Shown here one piece after another: positions 26,116-40,074 of a stretch of 64,000 nt of DNA. Origin of the DNA: Schmidtea polychroa. Lineage: Eukaryota. The first letter of the stretch is position 1; each line of letters starts with the position of its first letter. The notes below the pieces were generated by a model that was not told where the DNA came from, made no database searches, and saw only the letters and a program-made list of their open reading frames with translations. The stretch spans positions 70,928,001 to 70,992,000 of the forward strand of contig CM097885.1 of the NCBI GenBank assembly GCA_044892525.1, in the 5' to 3' direction. The position numbers and the translations under genes are program-made.

Positions 26116-29100
26116 CAATTTTTTATCTTAATATTAAAAAATATATTAATAAATAATAACAATATAATAATAAAATTAAAAAAACATGAATAAAAATAAT
26201 AAACAAATATAATATTAATAAATAATTAAAATTAAAAAAATTAATAGTAAATACTAAACACGATTAATAATAATAATTTTTAAAAATAATAANNNNNNNN
26301 NNNNNNNNNNNNNNNNNNNNNNNNNNNNNNNNNNNNNNNNNNNNNNNNNNNNNNNNNNNNNNNNNNNNNNNNNNNNNNNNNNNNNNNNNNNNNNNNNNNN
26401 NNNNNNNNNNNNNNNNNNNNNNNNNNNNNNNNNNNNNNNNNNNNNNNNNNNNNNNNNNNNNNNNNNNNNNNNNCAAAAATCAATAATAATAAAATATAAA
26501 ATAAAAAACAAAAATAAATGATAATAATATAACTAAAATTAATAAATAATAAATATAATATGAAAAAATAAAAATAACTACGTCAAAAAAATCAATACTA
26601 TTGGGTTTCGACGGACCGATTGGTTTCTGAACCTTCGATTTCTTCGAGGATTTTTTTATATTAATTATATTTATAAAAAATAAGAAAAAATTATAAAGTA
26701 AAAACAATAATAATAAATAATAACAATATTATAATAAAATTAAAAAACCATGAATAAAAATAATAAATAAATATAATATAAATAAGTAATTAAAATTTAA
26801 AAAAATTATTATAAAAAATAATAATGGAAAAAAATAATAGTAAATACTAAATACGATTAATAATAATATATTTATAAAAAATTATTATTAAATATTAATA
26901 ATTAATATTCAACTAAACTAACACCGAAAATCAATAATAATAAAATAATATAAAAATAAAAAACAAAAATAAATGATAATAATATAACTAAAATTAATAA
27001 ATAATAATAATAAATATAATATGAAAAAAATAAAAATAACTACGTCAAAATAATCAATATTAATAATTATATTTATAAAAAATAATAAAGTAAAAACAAT
27101 AATAATAAATAATAACAATAAAATAACAAAAATATAATGATAAATAAAAATAATAATAATCAACTAAATAAAAATCAAAACTAATAATAATAAAATAATT
27201 AATAAAACATTAAATAACAAATAATTATCTCAATTTGTGTAAACAGATATGAATTGGTATTACTTGCATCAGTTTGATACTGAGGATTCCTTTCCAAAAA
27301 TTCTCGGCGCCTCGTAACATTAGCTGCAAAGAAATTCTTAGCCAATGCCAAATATTCCGGACTCTGAACAAAAGGGACAAAAGCAAACATCGCCATGTAA
27401 TCCAATGGCAATTGTAATCTGAAAAGGCCTTTATGGAGTTTTCTAAGGAATCCTTCCCGGACATAGCTGCAGGGATCCTGATGAGAATTACAGTCAATAA
27501 TGATAATCCACAATCAATAAAAGCGAAAAAACGCACATAGATCAACCCGGACAGGCGGTGTAACCATTTCACATCAAATATCGACAGAAACGATTGAACC
27601 TGTGCCAGTTTTAGCCAGCATTTCCCAGCAGCCAATCGGATTTGCGCCATATCTCCATCCCTGAATATCATCATCAAGATCATCAAAATCAACAACATCG
27701 TAACATTTGCCATAACAAACACCTACATTATATTCCCAGTGAAATTCGGGTTGCCATTTGATCCGATATATTTGCGCAATGCTATCATCACCGTGAGGAT
27801 CAAATTGCGATCGTCATCAACCTTCAATGTCACCATCCATTTACTCAGCATTTTCAGGGCTTGAATCTAATCGAAAAAAACGGAAATTATTACACCAATC
27901 GAAAGTTAATTATCGATAATCAATCACTTACGATAACTTGGGTTTTAGTGGCAATCGAATTATTGCTGCCCCAAGAACTGAGATTTCTCGGTTCATCCAG
28001 CTGGCTCGTCGAATCCGATTCATCGGATGTCAGCATACGCATCAATACCGTGTTTTGCACATATGAATGAATATCGGTTCCGTACCGCTGTCTCAGCTTC
28101 AAGCCCAGTTGGGATAGTGTTGACAGGCGAATCGATTGGTTGGCAGAGAACAATTCGCAGAGATTGGCGTTCTGAACCCGTGAGAAATTTACAATCGAAC
28201 ACAAAACCACAATTGCTACCTTCACCAAGTCTTCCAGTTGGTTTTCCAGCTTCTCCAAAATCTCGGATTTGTACACGGAAGATTTCAATCGCAATTCCTG
28301 TTGACAACCAACATAGAGACCAATCAGACATCTCGTGGCTAATTTAGCGATTCTGCAATTGTATTTCCAAAGGCAAAGTTCTCGATCGCCTTCATCCGAT
28401 TGGATGGGAAAGCTTTTGTGGTCTTTGTTTTTCGGTTTGTTATGCAAATGAATATTGGGAAACAGAATCGGATATGTGCTGCCAACAGTGGCACAATTCA
28501 TGAGATAATCGATAACCTGTAGAGTTTGAGTCAACAACGGTTCAGCTTCTTCTGAAAATAATCCCGACGTTTTCGATTGGTCATGGAAAGGTGAAAATTT
28601 ATCATCGTCACAATCAATGCCGGATTCTGAAGGTGAACGGCAGTCGATTATTCTTGCCAGAGTCTGCAATTGACAAATGAAAATTTTGCGGATGAAATCA
28701 CTATTTTCCAATTTACCAATAGGCATAATTCTTCAATCGATATCGGTAAATCCTTGAATGTCGATGACGCCTGTGTTGAGGCCACTGATGCAATCGATCG
28801 GGTAGAACTCGGAGTCAATTGTCTAGAGTCATCAATAACATCATTGCGTATCGTTTCTATGTGAGAACCCAATTTCTTGCTGTCAAATTTAGATATAATC
28901 GATGCAATATACTCATAGGCCTCGAGAGTTGGAACGGAATTCTACAACCGACAAATAAATTCCTCTGTCCAATAATCGATAGTCAATAAAACCCTGTAAA
29001 TGATAGCTATGCAATTGAGTAATTTCAACGCCCGACTTATATAGGCAGTATATTCTTCAGTGTTCCCCGGTGATTCCAGTGCTTCTTTTGATGACACCAA

Positions 29101-32100
29101 AATCGATATCAGCTCCTGACCGGAAGAAATATCCATTATTATCGGTGCACTCCTTTCCAGCAAACACTTGATCGTATTGACAAACACTTTCTTTTTCTGA
29201 ATGTTTGCAGGATTCGGTTCCGTTCCGGGTTTCGTTGTCGAGAAATGCCGTTTAATTTCAGGCTAGATGATTTCGAAAACCAAAATAAAAAATGAAAATC
29301 ACGAAGCCAATCCAAATTGTCTTACAATCGACTTAACAATGACATCACGACTTGAATCTGGATTTACTAGTTTCGAGACGACTTCCATAAGCTTTTTGTC
29401 GGTTCTAATTGAAACGAAGAACTTCGATAGACTTTCGATCTTTTCTTTATTTGGCAGATATTCTGAAAGTTATTTTGCAAGTTTGAATCAATGTTGAATC
29501 AAAAAATAGGAATAATATGTTTCTTTACCTCCAAGTCGTTTAACTTTATCTTTCAATTTCTGACTCACAGATGGTGACAACACCTTTTCGGAATTGGAAT
29601 CTTTAATCAGATGAACTGTCTCTCGCAATAGGTTCATGATTCTTAGAAAAATCGAATTGAAATTAAAAAAAAGTCGATTTAGGAACATTAAAACATTTAC
29701 ATCACTTGAGTTTTGAACAGTTCCTGAATCGACATCAATGAGGCCTCGTCACAGAGAATGAAACATTGCAGTAAAGCTTTCATTCGATTTCCCGAATCGA
29801 AATTATAGGGAACGAGAAACGTGTTGAATAAACGCTCTACGACAATTCTGTGTTGAAACTGGATTAAGTGGCATTTCATTACGGAAAATAATTAACTTGT
29901 CTTCGACTTCAGTCCTTAGGTAAAGCCGTAATATTTGAGTGAGTAATAACTCCAATCGAGTACGTTGCCCGGGTAGAAGATTCCCTAAGTCTAGAATCGT
30001 ATCGACATTTCTGTTAGAATCTCCAACACGTGCTTCCGATTCAGAAAGTATTCTACGATACAATTTCCCTAAACTGGCATTTGCTTCCTTTCGAACGATC
30101 ATACACTTATCCCGAGTCCTATCGACGAGTATTTTAAAAAGGGTCTCGTTAACAAAATCCAGTTCTTCATCGACAATGATGGATTTGCTTTTTTCAAATA
30201 TTTGCGAAATACAAAGAACCAATTGAAATCTAATGCTTTCTTCTTGATCATGTGACCGTTTTTGAAGAGCTCTAACCAAATCTTCTTTCGATGTTGGAAT
30301 GGACAATATTCCAGAAATGTCATCCCCGGTGATAGCTCGTCTCAATACATCTCTAGCAACACGGACACATATTTCACGCACTTCTACTTCAATGTCACAA
30401 AATCTGCCAAGAAAACACTCCCATAACGATGAGTGATTGCTGTTGCTACCAGGAATCTAAAATTGCAGGGTTTTAGGGATCTTTTCATCAAAATATAATA
30501 AGAAGTTGGAAATTTCATAGAAGCTATGGACATTTATAGGTTTATCAGGAAGCTTTCTTAGTTTTTTGATTTCGAATCGTTATTAATTCCTAATGTTCTT
30601 TAGCTTAGTATTAACCCTTGTGGTATTTTTGGTTGTTTTCAATATTTACATATCTTTTTCCAAAGGACAAAATTTCACCAACTCCGGTAATAAAGCTATT
30701 AGAGGGTTGAATTTTTATCTTGAGATAGAAAATGCCTGAATAGATCAATGAAATAAAGTGTAGAATTTTCTTTGTGTGAAGTATCAATCACAAAACATTT
30801 TTTTGCAAAAATATAAAATACTGGCAGATTATAGAACAGATTTACACCAATTATTACAACAGCAAGCAAGTAGCACTTATTAACATTCCGTGTGGTGTAT
30901 TTTGCAGTTTATTCACATTTAATAATATGTATGGCACGGTATAACCCTAGATTAATATACAGTAAGGAGTCCAACACGATACTTTAATATGTAAATAACT
31001 AAAAAATCGATTGGTAAAAAATAATTGATAATAACTGATAATTATTATTTATTAAAAGAGCTTGACTATGAATTAATAAATAAAGTAATAATAAAAATAA
31101 TTAATAATAATATTAATTGATAATAATAATTAATAATTAAAATAATTAATAAAAATAATTGATAATNNNNNNNNNNNNNNNNNNNNNNNNNNNNNNNNNN
31201 NNNNNNNNNNNNNNNNNNNNNNNNNNNNNNNNNNNNNNNNNNNNNNNNNNNNNNNNNNNNNNNNNNNNNNNNNNNNNNNNNNNNNNNNNNNNNNNNNNNN
31301 NNNNNNNNNNNNCATTAAGATAATGGAATTTTTAAATTTTTAATTCAATCAATAATAGATTTTATAAATAATATTAAATTCTATTTTTGGCATTTCTAAT
31401 TTATTATTACAATTTTGAGTTATAAATATTATTTCCAATTAAAGCAATTAATTACTAGAGTAAAAATAAAAATCCATTTTAAATTCAGAATAGCACTAGA
31501 ACCATTATTAGATTTCAGTTAGCCATTATTATTATTATAAATATGAAATAACTTACATAAGAGATGAAAAGTTTCCCCAGCAATCGACATGCACGCTTCC
31601 TATCCGTGACATTATTTGCTGACTTCAATTTCATTTCGATTGTCGATAAAAGAGGTATCACAATTGAGGCGCTAATTTTGAAAAGTTCATATACTAACTG
31701 GAATGTGTGGTCACAAGAGTATTCAATGCACGTCTCTATTGTATTCTTGTTCTTTTCTAATTTCTGGGGTTTCGGTTTGGATTTCTCCAGTTTTTGTTCG
31801 TGTTTCCTACTGATGATTCGAAATTCTGGCATTGAACAGAAATCATCATCCTCACAATCGGGTTCTTCATTTTCCGATGAATCAGATATATCGTCATCAA
31901 TTTCACTTTTAATTAGATAATTGCGAATGATCTGAATGGATTGAATTTCTTAATGACATTTCATTTCAGTTATTAATAGCTCCAAAATTTATTCTTTTAA
32001 ATTATTTTAAAACAACTTTCATTCTATTAGAAAACTCCGTTTCTATAAATCTTAATATTGATAAATCGTGTTATCTATTGAATGAAATATTAATAATATT

Positions 32101-35100
32101 GAATGAAATATTAATAATATTGAATGAAATATTAATAATATTGAATGAAATATTAATAATATTGAATGAAATATTAATAATATTGAATGAAATATTAATA
32201 ATATTGAATGAAATATTAATAATATTGAATGAAATATTAATAATATTGAATGAAATATTAATAATATTGAATGAAATATTAATAATATTGAATGAAATGT
32301 TAAAAATGACAATAAATGCAACGATAATATCATTAAAATAATTTTGTTTTTATTTAATCTGGTTTTTTGGCGATTTAGAATTTTATTTATCTTTTGCTGA
32401 CAATAAATGAAATTCTAAAACGATAGTAATATTAATAATTGCAATAATATAATTGAATAAAATATCACCAGCGTTGAATATGAAATTGAATACATGAGTT
32501 TCATAGAATTAAATGCAGTCGTGATAAATATAAATTGTAAGTTACCGTTTGTATTTGATCCTCCATTTTACTAAGACAACGACCGATAATATCTAATGAA
32601 AGCTGTCTCTGTTCTTTAGTGGCTGCTCTATCAGCGAGAAAATTAAGCATATATGAAACAACTTTATCTGGAACCGATATTTCGTGACTACTGAATAACA
32701 CAATAATTGCATCAGACAGTGTTTGAAATGGTCTGTTGTCTTCAGACCAATCTGGAAATTTCCTAATTTCATTTCATATTACACAACTATTCACTTATCT
32801 ATCGTGATTACCTGACAATACTGTACATCGTCCGCACATACTCGATGAATAAAGATTCACCATCTTCTGCTAGAGTAAAACTGTGAAATAAATGAGTTTC
32901 ACAACTGATCTGAAATTAAATTATCTATTAAATGGCTTCTCGAGTTTTCATTTATAAATCTGACAATTACAATATTATAGTATGTAGGTCAGAAAAGCGC
33001 GCTGAACACACGGAACTATAATTATTTCTGGATTGACTTCAATGTGCCTCTTTAGCGTACTGTCAATCGATATTATGTAGTTTGATTTAATTAGGAATAA
33101 TTTTGGCTAGTATTTAATTGAGCATTAACAATATATTGAATGAGCATTAATATAATAAAGATTTAGCATTAATTTAAATGAAAAAATACATTAATCAATT
33201 TAATAAAAAACATTAGACAAAAAAGACCATTATTTAATATTATTTTGAAATTGAAAAATCATAGAACATTATTTATAAAATTGTCATTGTTTAGCTTTCG
33301 AAGATCTTCCTTTCTTGCGCTTGGTTCCGATATTTTTGGAACCAAGCTTCTAATTAACCCAAACTTTTACTGGGTGTTCCATATTCTTTGCTTTTAACTG
33401 CGACAAAAAATTTGATAGTCGATGTTTCGTTGGAACTGGTAGTGACTTTTCAGGAAGAAGTTCTAAGACTCGCTTTGGTTTGAATTTCAGTTTGGATAAT
33501 TCGCAAATTTCTTTCTTTGTCTCTTCTTTAATGCCTGTTGTTCGTAGTTGTTCATTTTGATGTTCATCATTTGTAATAAACATAGTTAAAGTTTTATTTT
33601 CACTGATATATAGCAAATGAATAGCGGCTGGACATTGTTTTGAACGTCTTTTGACTTTATTTCACTTATTCTCTCTTGTCTTCACCTGTAATATTTGTCA
33701 TTGAAATGCTCCAGGTTTCATTACTCTATTTTTTTCTAAAGCTTGTTCATTGTTCTCGTTGGTTTGAAAAGGTACTCACTTTCTTCGAGTTTATTTTGAG
33801 CGTTTTGTATTAGAAGCTATGTTGTCTTGGGTGTTGTCTATCTCTTCTTCTGTATCGCTTGAATAATGTGCTACGCGTTGTGATTGAACTTTTTTTTGTG
33901 ATAGAAATTTAATGCTTATTCAATTTAATTAATGCTAAATTTCTTTAAAATTCATTTAAAAAAAATTAATGCTCATTTTAATATAATTAATGCTTGAAAA
34001 AGGCAGTGCCGAAAATTAGTGAGTAAATAAACATCGATATATTACTGATATATTGTCTTCAAACTCTCTTTTTAATAATTAATGCTTGTTTAAATATAAA
34101 TGAATAATTTTTAATATACTCGCTGTCCTAAAAATAACTGAAATTATTTTAAATCAACAAAACATTAGTGAGATGGTAAATATAAAATAAATAAAGCAGA
34201 CCATTTGTATAATAGTTGAAAATAATTGGAAATGCTATGATTTAACAACTTTTTGCAGTGACTTGTTTTTAAAACTTACGAAGTGTAATAACGTGTAATA
34301 AACAACTTCGTTTGAACTGGCTTTTAGGCCTTTATGGAACTTTCCCAAAATGCAAAGTTATATGATTGGTTCCAAGACGAGTGAAATTCATCTACTCAAG
34401 AATGGTTGATAAAGGAAAATTCGAGAAATTTTGAGCAGTACAGGTCGAGAATCCATTGTATTCAGTCTTGGAAATTTTAAAAACTTCCAAAAGAAGATAT
34501 AGGAAATTCAAAAAATGAAATGTAAGTTGAAAATATTTAATGGTTCGAAATACTTTTTAATAATTAAATAAAAACTAATATTTATTCTAATTAATAATTT
34601 ACCAAGTAAAGTTTTAAGATTAAAATAAATTTATATTAAAACTTTCTGTTTACTTTAAACTCAAAATGGAAAAATTTTATTACTATCGTAGTGAATACTC
34701 AAGAAGAGTAGGTATAAATGAAGAACAAACATCTCCGACAGTTTCTTCAATCAATATTGTTTTGAAAATGAAGACAAAAGTTCGCTTGTATTTGGGCAGT
34801 TTAAATTTAGGATTTACTTGGTATGAAGATAAGGATAATCATAATCCAAATTGTATTATTTGTGGTGACATATTGTCCAATGAATGAATGATATCCAGCA
34901 AGTTAAAAATACATTTTTTGACAAACCTACTAATCAGTATTTTGAAGGATGTTTACATTTACCGAATAAAGAAAGTTCAAATTTTAGTACAATGGTTAAA
35001 ATTTCTGGTAAAGCTCGTGAACTCAACTATTTAAATTCCACGCTGATGCCGAATAACTTATTCTTTTCGCTTGTCGTACTATAGTAAAGAGATTTTTTTG

Positions 35101-38100
35101 CAATGAAACAGAAAACGAAGTTAAAAATTACGTGTTTTATAATTCATTTAGTAAACGAGTTTGTGTTATATCTGCAGATATAGAAAATGTAGTTGTAGAG
35201 TGAAATTATTATAATTCAAGTAGATGAGTCAACTGATATTGGGTGAAAGGGAAATAAAAATAATAATAAACCAATATTTTTGCTGTAAAAAACTTGAGAA
35301 AACAATGAACGGCGAAGACATATATAATGTATTAAATTCCCATTTAGAAATTAATAATTCAAGTTGGAAATCATGTATAGAAATTCGTACATATTGTGCA
35401 CTATCAATGGTTGGTTCAGTGAAAGGATTTGTAACTTTAATTAGGAATGTTAATAGTGAGATCATAACAATATATTGCTTTCTTCATGATAAAGTTCTTA
35501 TTGAAAAGACAAATAATAGTAATTTTAAAAATTTTCTGGGTGCACTGGTAAAAATTGAAACTTATAAATAAATGTAACTACTTTAATTTGTGAGAAACTT
35601 GGTGCAAATTATGTTATTCTTTTTTTTTTAAACAGAAGCTGAAAAATGAAATGTATTCTTTTTTTACTACTGGTGAATAATAAGAATTTTGTATGCTACT
35701 TGTAGATCATAACTAATGCTCCAAATTGGCATATTTAGTTTATATATTTGAAGTTTTGAATAAACTTATCCCAAGCTTGCAAGGTAAATATTTTGTCTTC
35801 GACAGACATGATTAAATCCTTGAAAGATTGAACTTTTGGCTCAATGGTATAAAGAGGTGATGTACTAATGTTTCTACATGTTCCTACAATGGGTAATAAG
35901 AAAATAACACCATTAATTTGTGAACATCTTCAGGTATTATCCAAAACATTCAATTTTTTTTTCGAATTTGTGTATTGAAAACTATGAGTGGGTAAGAAAC
36001 TTATTCATTGAAGTATCATATCAATCCAAACTGAATCTAACGGAATAGGAGGAAAATTATTGAATTAAGAATTATTGAATTAAGAATTATTGAATTAAGA
36101 ATTATTGAATTAAGAATTATTGAATTAATGGAAATTAAATATTGGAATGTAAAGAAGTTGAAAACGATATATTTGGGAAAAAAGATGAATATCCCCATAT
36201 TTTAAAAAGAACTTTGAATATAGAAATCATTTTGTTATTCATATTGGGGTTATTGATCTTCAATATAAATTAGAGAAACAAGTTTGATTTCATCGCATCA
36301 TTTTTAATGAAAACATCAAATTTAAAAAGATGTTTTAAATCTAAAAATGTAAAAGACATTCTAGAATTAACAATGTTTAATTAGATGAAGCCCTAGAAAT
36401 TATAGAAACCACTTTGCTGATATCGTTTAGCATTTAGTGAAAACATCAGATTTAAAAGAATGTTTTCAAACTAAAAAATAATTGTAAAGGCCATTTTAGG
36501 ATTCAATGTTGATTTAGGTGAAGATAATCAATATTTATTCTTTAAAATAGTCAAAATCAAGTGTTAATAATGAGATGATATCTTTAATTTTAAATGAATT
36601 TAAGTTTCCAAAAATGGCGAATTAAGGACAAGGAATTTCGTACGGTAGCCAAAAATTATACATTAATGACCGACTATTAAACGACAAAAAGGTGATAGCA
36701 GAAAATAATATTAAAATTGAATCTATAATCTTTGTAATTTACTACAATCGCTTGGGAGTGTGAATTTCTGTTAGGGATGGGTGCAATATCCCTCCTGAAA
36801 GGAACCACGGTGGAGTTTTCAAATGAATGTATGTGGCAAGAAATCTATTTAGCCGAGATATCGGGTATGAATATCGAAACGAATGAAAATGAAGTAATGA
36901 AGTCACGTAGAACGCCGAATTCAGTTAATTACGTTTAGGACAAGAAATTTTTGACATGTTTCGACGGAGGCATGGTAAAATTGGATCAAGAACGTCCCAG
37001 AAGCGCTGATGAGTTTAATATCTCAGTATATAGTTCCTCGTATAGCCGAGGATGAATTTGATGAGGCCGTAGAATGTGTAATCAAGAACGAATGGTTGCA
37101 ACCTTATAGTAGTGCGATCAATGCAGTGCTTCATTATATGGCAGTAATTCAACAAAATAAAGACCAGTCTTGAACTATCAAAAAATAAACGGTTATGTCT
37201 CAAGCCATAATACACAAGCATAGATTTTGTGTTGGAGGTGGAGGTTGGGTGGAGATGTTACTGTCGTTGATTAGAAATGAGCATATCTACAGATACGGGT
37301 TGACGAATCCGTGTGGGTTTTCCAAAGAAATGCACTAAGAATTTATTCCAGGTGACACAACAGTTAATGTTGCATATAATCTTGAAGTTTTAGAACTCTT
37401 ATTTTTTTCCTATTTGTCGTGTTCAATCAGATGGTTATAAATAAAAATTACGCTGCAATCAGAGTTTATGGAATTATATATTCTTTTTTTAATGGAAATA
37501 TCATGAAATATTATACAAAAATTGAATACGCGTCGTATAAATTAGATTAATGCTAAAATAAATCAGTAATTAATTAATGTTAAATTAGTAATGAGGGTCT
37601 CGTGGTCTCAGCTACTTAGATTTTATACGATAATGTCAACTTGACGGTTATTCAGAAGTAGCAAATATAGTCATAGAATGAGAAACTATAATACAGAATT
37701 CAAACAGGTTCAACCTAACTCGCCTTGTTCTACTCCAAACGATTATCAAAAAAATAATTTAAACTTTTCTAGATATATTTCGATTTGCCATTTGCAATGG
37801 GCTGAACTAATTGAATTTATGATTTTACTTATATATAATGTATAAAAATTAATAAAATTAAATATTATTTCTTTATTTGCACTTTAAAGTATGGAAGTTT
37901 ATCGTAGCAACACCGTAAAGCAGTATTGTCTATAACAGCGTTTCCTAAAGTGTTATCTGGTACCGGGCCGAGGTCAAAAACGTTTGGGAAACGATGGTCT
38001 CCAACTTATAATCATATCATGAAATCAATTGAATTTGTAGCAGACTATTGAGTTGAACAAGTTCAACGTTTTTAAAAATAGAATTAAGGCGAATAATTAC

Positions 38101-39732
38101 AAATGAAAATGAATAAATTAAATTGACATAAACGTGTAAAAACGAATATTGTAGAATTATTTAGCATTTAGATTAGTAGTTTCATTAAAGTAGAAAGTCT
38201 TCCGTCAAAGAACTTTACTGTATTTTGAACAAAGTCGTAATATAATTCAGTCAGATGTAACAAACAGACTTTTCAGGATGCGAAAAGGTTCCGGTTTACA
38301 ATAATGTTTACCTAATAATGTTTAACTCGGAATTTTAAAATATTTGAGCATGAAATATAATTTATAAATAAAATGTCGATGTTAAATTCACATTTCAGTG
38401 ATATTCAACGATACACTTTCAGTCTTTTTCTAACACATTACGAAGAACTCTCATCCACAAACTCCATCTAACACAGTCAAGGAATAAAAAGCTGTTTTAT
38501 CCTAGCTATCCTGACACAGAGATTACTGGAAACTCAACTGGTTACTGCAAATTTCTCACATACAACCATACGACTCCAAAACTTATATAGGACTATCATA
38601 TTCATTTATACACAGAATGATATTGAACATAAAATCTGTAGTTAATTTTTAGCTTTTAAACAATGCCTTTAATATAACTTTAATTAATATTCTATAACAT
38701 TCAGTAGACTTGGTTTCACATATTTTTTTATAATATAAGCTCAGGACCCTTGAATCTTATATTTACATTTGGAGAACTCTTTATAATGTTGATTAAAATC
38801 ATAAATCAAATGCTGCTTATTATGCTATAATGTATTTACAATTAGTAAGTTTTATAGGAAACCACAATAAAGAATTTAACTCAATGTCAAACCCAGGTAT
38901 TGAGAAATTCTCATTATTATCAGAAATCTAAAGATAACGAACCTAAATCACCTACTCGTTCGAAAGTGAGAAAAACTGTGACATCTGTTTTCAAAAAACC
39001 CAAGTAAAAAATATAAATAAGAAACTCAATAATGTGTCAAAAAATATAACTTTTTTCATTAAAAATTAAATTATTAAAGCATTCAAAAATGTTATTTTAT
39101 AATACTTTGTAAGTATATTAAAATCATAACTTTCGTGTTAAATATTGTTACAATCAATTAAATATAAAGACATACCGAAAAAATTTTGTATAAATTGAGA
39201 AAATGTTTGTCTGACTTCGATTTTAATTTACACATTTCATTAAGGCACTTTAATAAGAAATCCAAAACTACCTATGACATCATAAAAATAATTGCATTAT
39301 TAATATGAAAACTTTTATTCTTGTCTTGGAATCAGAAAAAGCTAGAAACGGATTAGTAGGACAATATAATTTTAGTATATTGCAAATGCATACAGCTACT
39401 CGTAACTGTATATCTATTTCTTCATGATCAATGAACATCTCACTGGTTAAGTGTAATAATAGTCCTTCCATTTTCAAATCTTCTTTTACAGAAATATTAG
39501 CATCTGTATTATTTAATAGAGAATCTGTTGAAAAAGGTTTATCAATCTGTGTATCTTCTAATATCCTTATCAAATCCTGGGTTATTGAATTTTTAAATGT
39601 AAATTTTGTAATTAAAAAGGTTATAAATGGACTTACAGTCATTCTACGCCTAAGCTCATCTGACTTTAACCCTTCAGTGATCTCTTTACAACCTTCAGGA
39701 TATATAAGGTTGAACCCAATAATCTTTTTCAT
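24091..39732 (-). CDS. PDS5: Sister-chromatid cohesion protein PDS5, about 1870 aa; exons 39732-39637, 39576-39313, 39271-39176, [small exon not located], 32880-32812, 32762-32546, 31931-31557, 30456-29897, 29847-29701, 29641-29529, 29462-29326, 29262-28993, 28941-28717, 28663-27932, 27866-27727, 27660-27537, 27477-27264, 25913-24091
   Basis: Colinear matches to PDS5A/B: YPEGCKEI, LRVAVCICNILKLYCP, LWECFLGRF, RSHDQEESIR, RTRDKCMIVRKEA, VERLFNTFLVPYN, LLERSAP, IRLAAGKCWLKLAQ, VREGFLRKLHKGL..LPLDYMA, LPEYVLAFIIHMLAHD, NEKLYICCD. All listed junctions are GT-AG and phase-compatible except one gap. Confidence 0.93.
25925..27230. repeat. Intronic AT-rich low-complexity region: (AAT)n about 24 units at 26039-26111, three diverged copies of an AT-rich unit, and an N gap at 26293-26473
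   Basis: taaaaataactacgtcaaaa recurs near 25963, 26571 and 27032. Confidence 0.8.
31167..31312. other. Assembly gap (Ns) in a PDS5 intron
   Basis: Run of N flanked by AAT-rich sequence. Confidence 1.
32078..32298. repeat. Intronic 21-bp tandem repeat x10.5 (ttgaatgaaatattaataata)
   Basis: Perfect direct repeats. Confidence 0.97.
33055..34050 (-). mobile_element. Non-autonomous Mutator-like element with long imperfect TIRs and an N-terminal transposase remnant
   Basis: Arms near 33055-33190 and 33905-34050 are inverted (gagcattaa..tgagcattaat..atttagcattaatt). Internal KYYR..KVKRRSKQCPAAIHLLY..FITNDEH resembles a WRKY/GCM1-type finger. Confidence 0.5.
34790..36310 (+). pseudogene. Highly decayed Buster-type hAT transposase in a PDS5 intron
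   Basis: NPNCIICGDILSNE*MISSKL (BED finger), QVDESTDI, SMVGSVKGFVTLI, CFLHDKVL, YEWVRNLF; many stops and frameshifts. Confidence 0.75.
36055..36128. repeat. 15-bp tandem repeat x5 (aattattgaattaag)
   Basis: Direct repeats within the decayed hAT. Confidence 0.95.
36950..37230 (+). pseudogene. Gypsy reverse transcriptase N-terminal fragment
   Basis: QYIVPRIAEDEFDEAVECVIKNEWLQPYSS..LNYQKINGY resembles the start of Ty3/Gypsy RT. Confidence 0.45.
37936..37996. mobile_element. 61-bp miniature hAT derivative
   Basis: Ends cagcgtttcctaaagt and tttgggaaacgatg match the TIR of the 17272-19038 element; flanks gtctataa/gtctccaa (6/8). Confidence 0.7.
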
Positions 39733-40074
39733 AATATGAATACAATTTAAAATATAAGTTAAGAAAAATTGATATTTGAAATATAAGAAAATTTAAACAA
39801 AAGACAATAAAATATAGCCATTATTATTTTGGTTATTTCAAATGTTTAGTTGTATTAATAGCATTTCTAAAATTCGACTTTTTTGTTTTTAGTTAAAGGT
39901 TTAATAATAATTGCAAAGTAAACAAATTTCTTTGTGATTCACTATCGATTGGTTATTAATAATCTATTATTAATGTGTCTAACAAATTGCGAATGATAAC
40001 TATGACTCGAATGAAAACATTTAAAAAAATTTTAATTTATTCATTTCAACACAATTAGACAAAAGTTTGTTCTA

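Noticed and set aside
26254-26511. ORFs spanning Ns (also 31130-31315)
   Set aside because: Artefacts of assembly gaps.
24149-30226. Plus-strand ORFs overlapping PDS5 exons, and similar antisense ORFs over TRAF, the transposase, LTN1 and pol
   Set aside because: Antisense shadows of real coding sequence with no recognisable motifs.
32052-32341. ORFs with ILNEILI / FHSILLI repeats
   Set aside because: Products of an intronic 21-bp tandem repeat.
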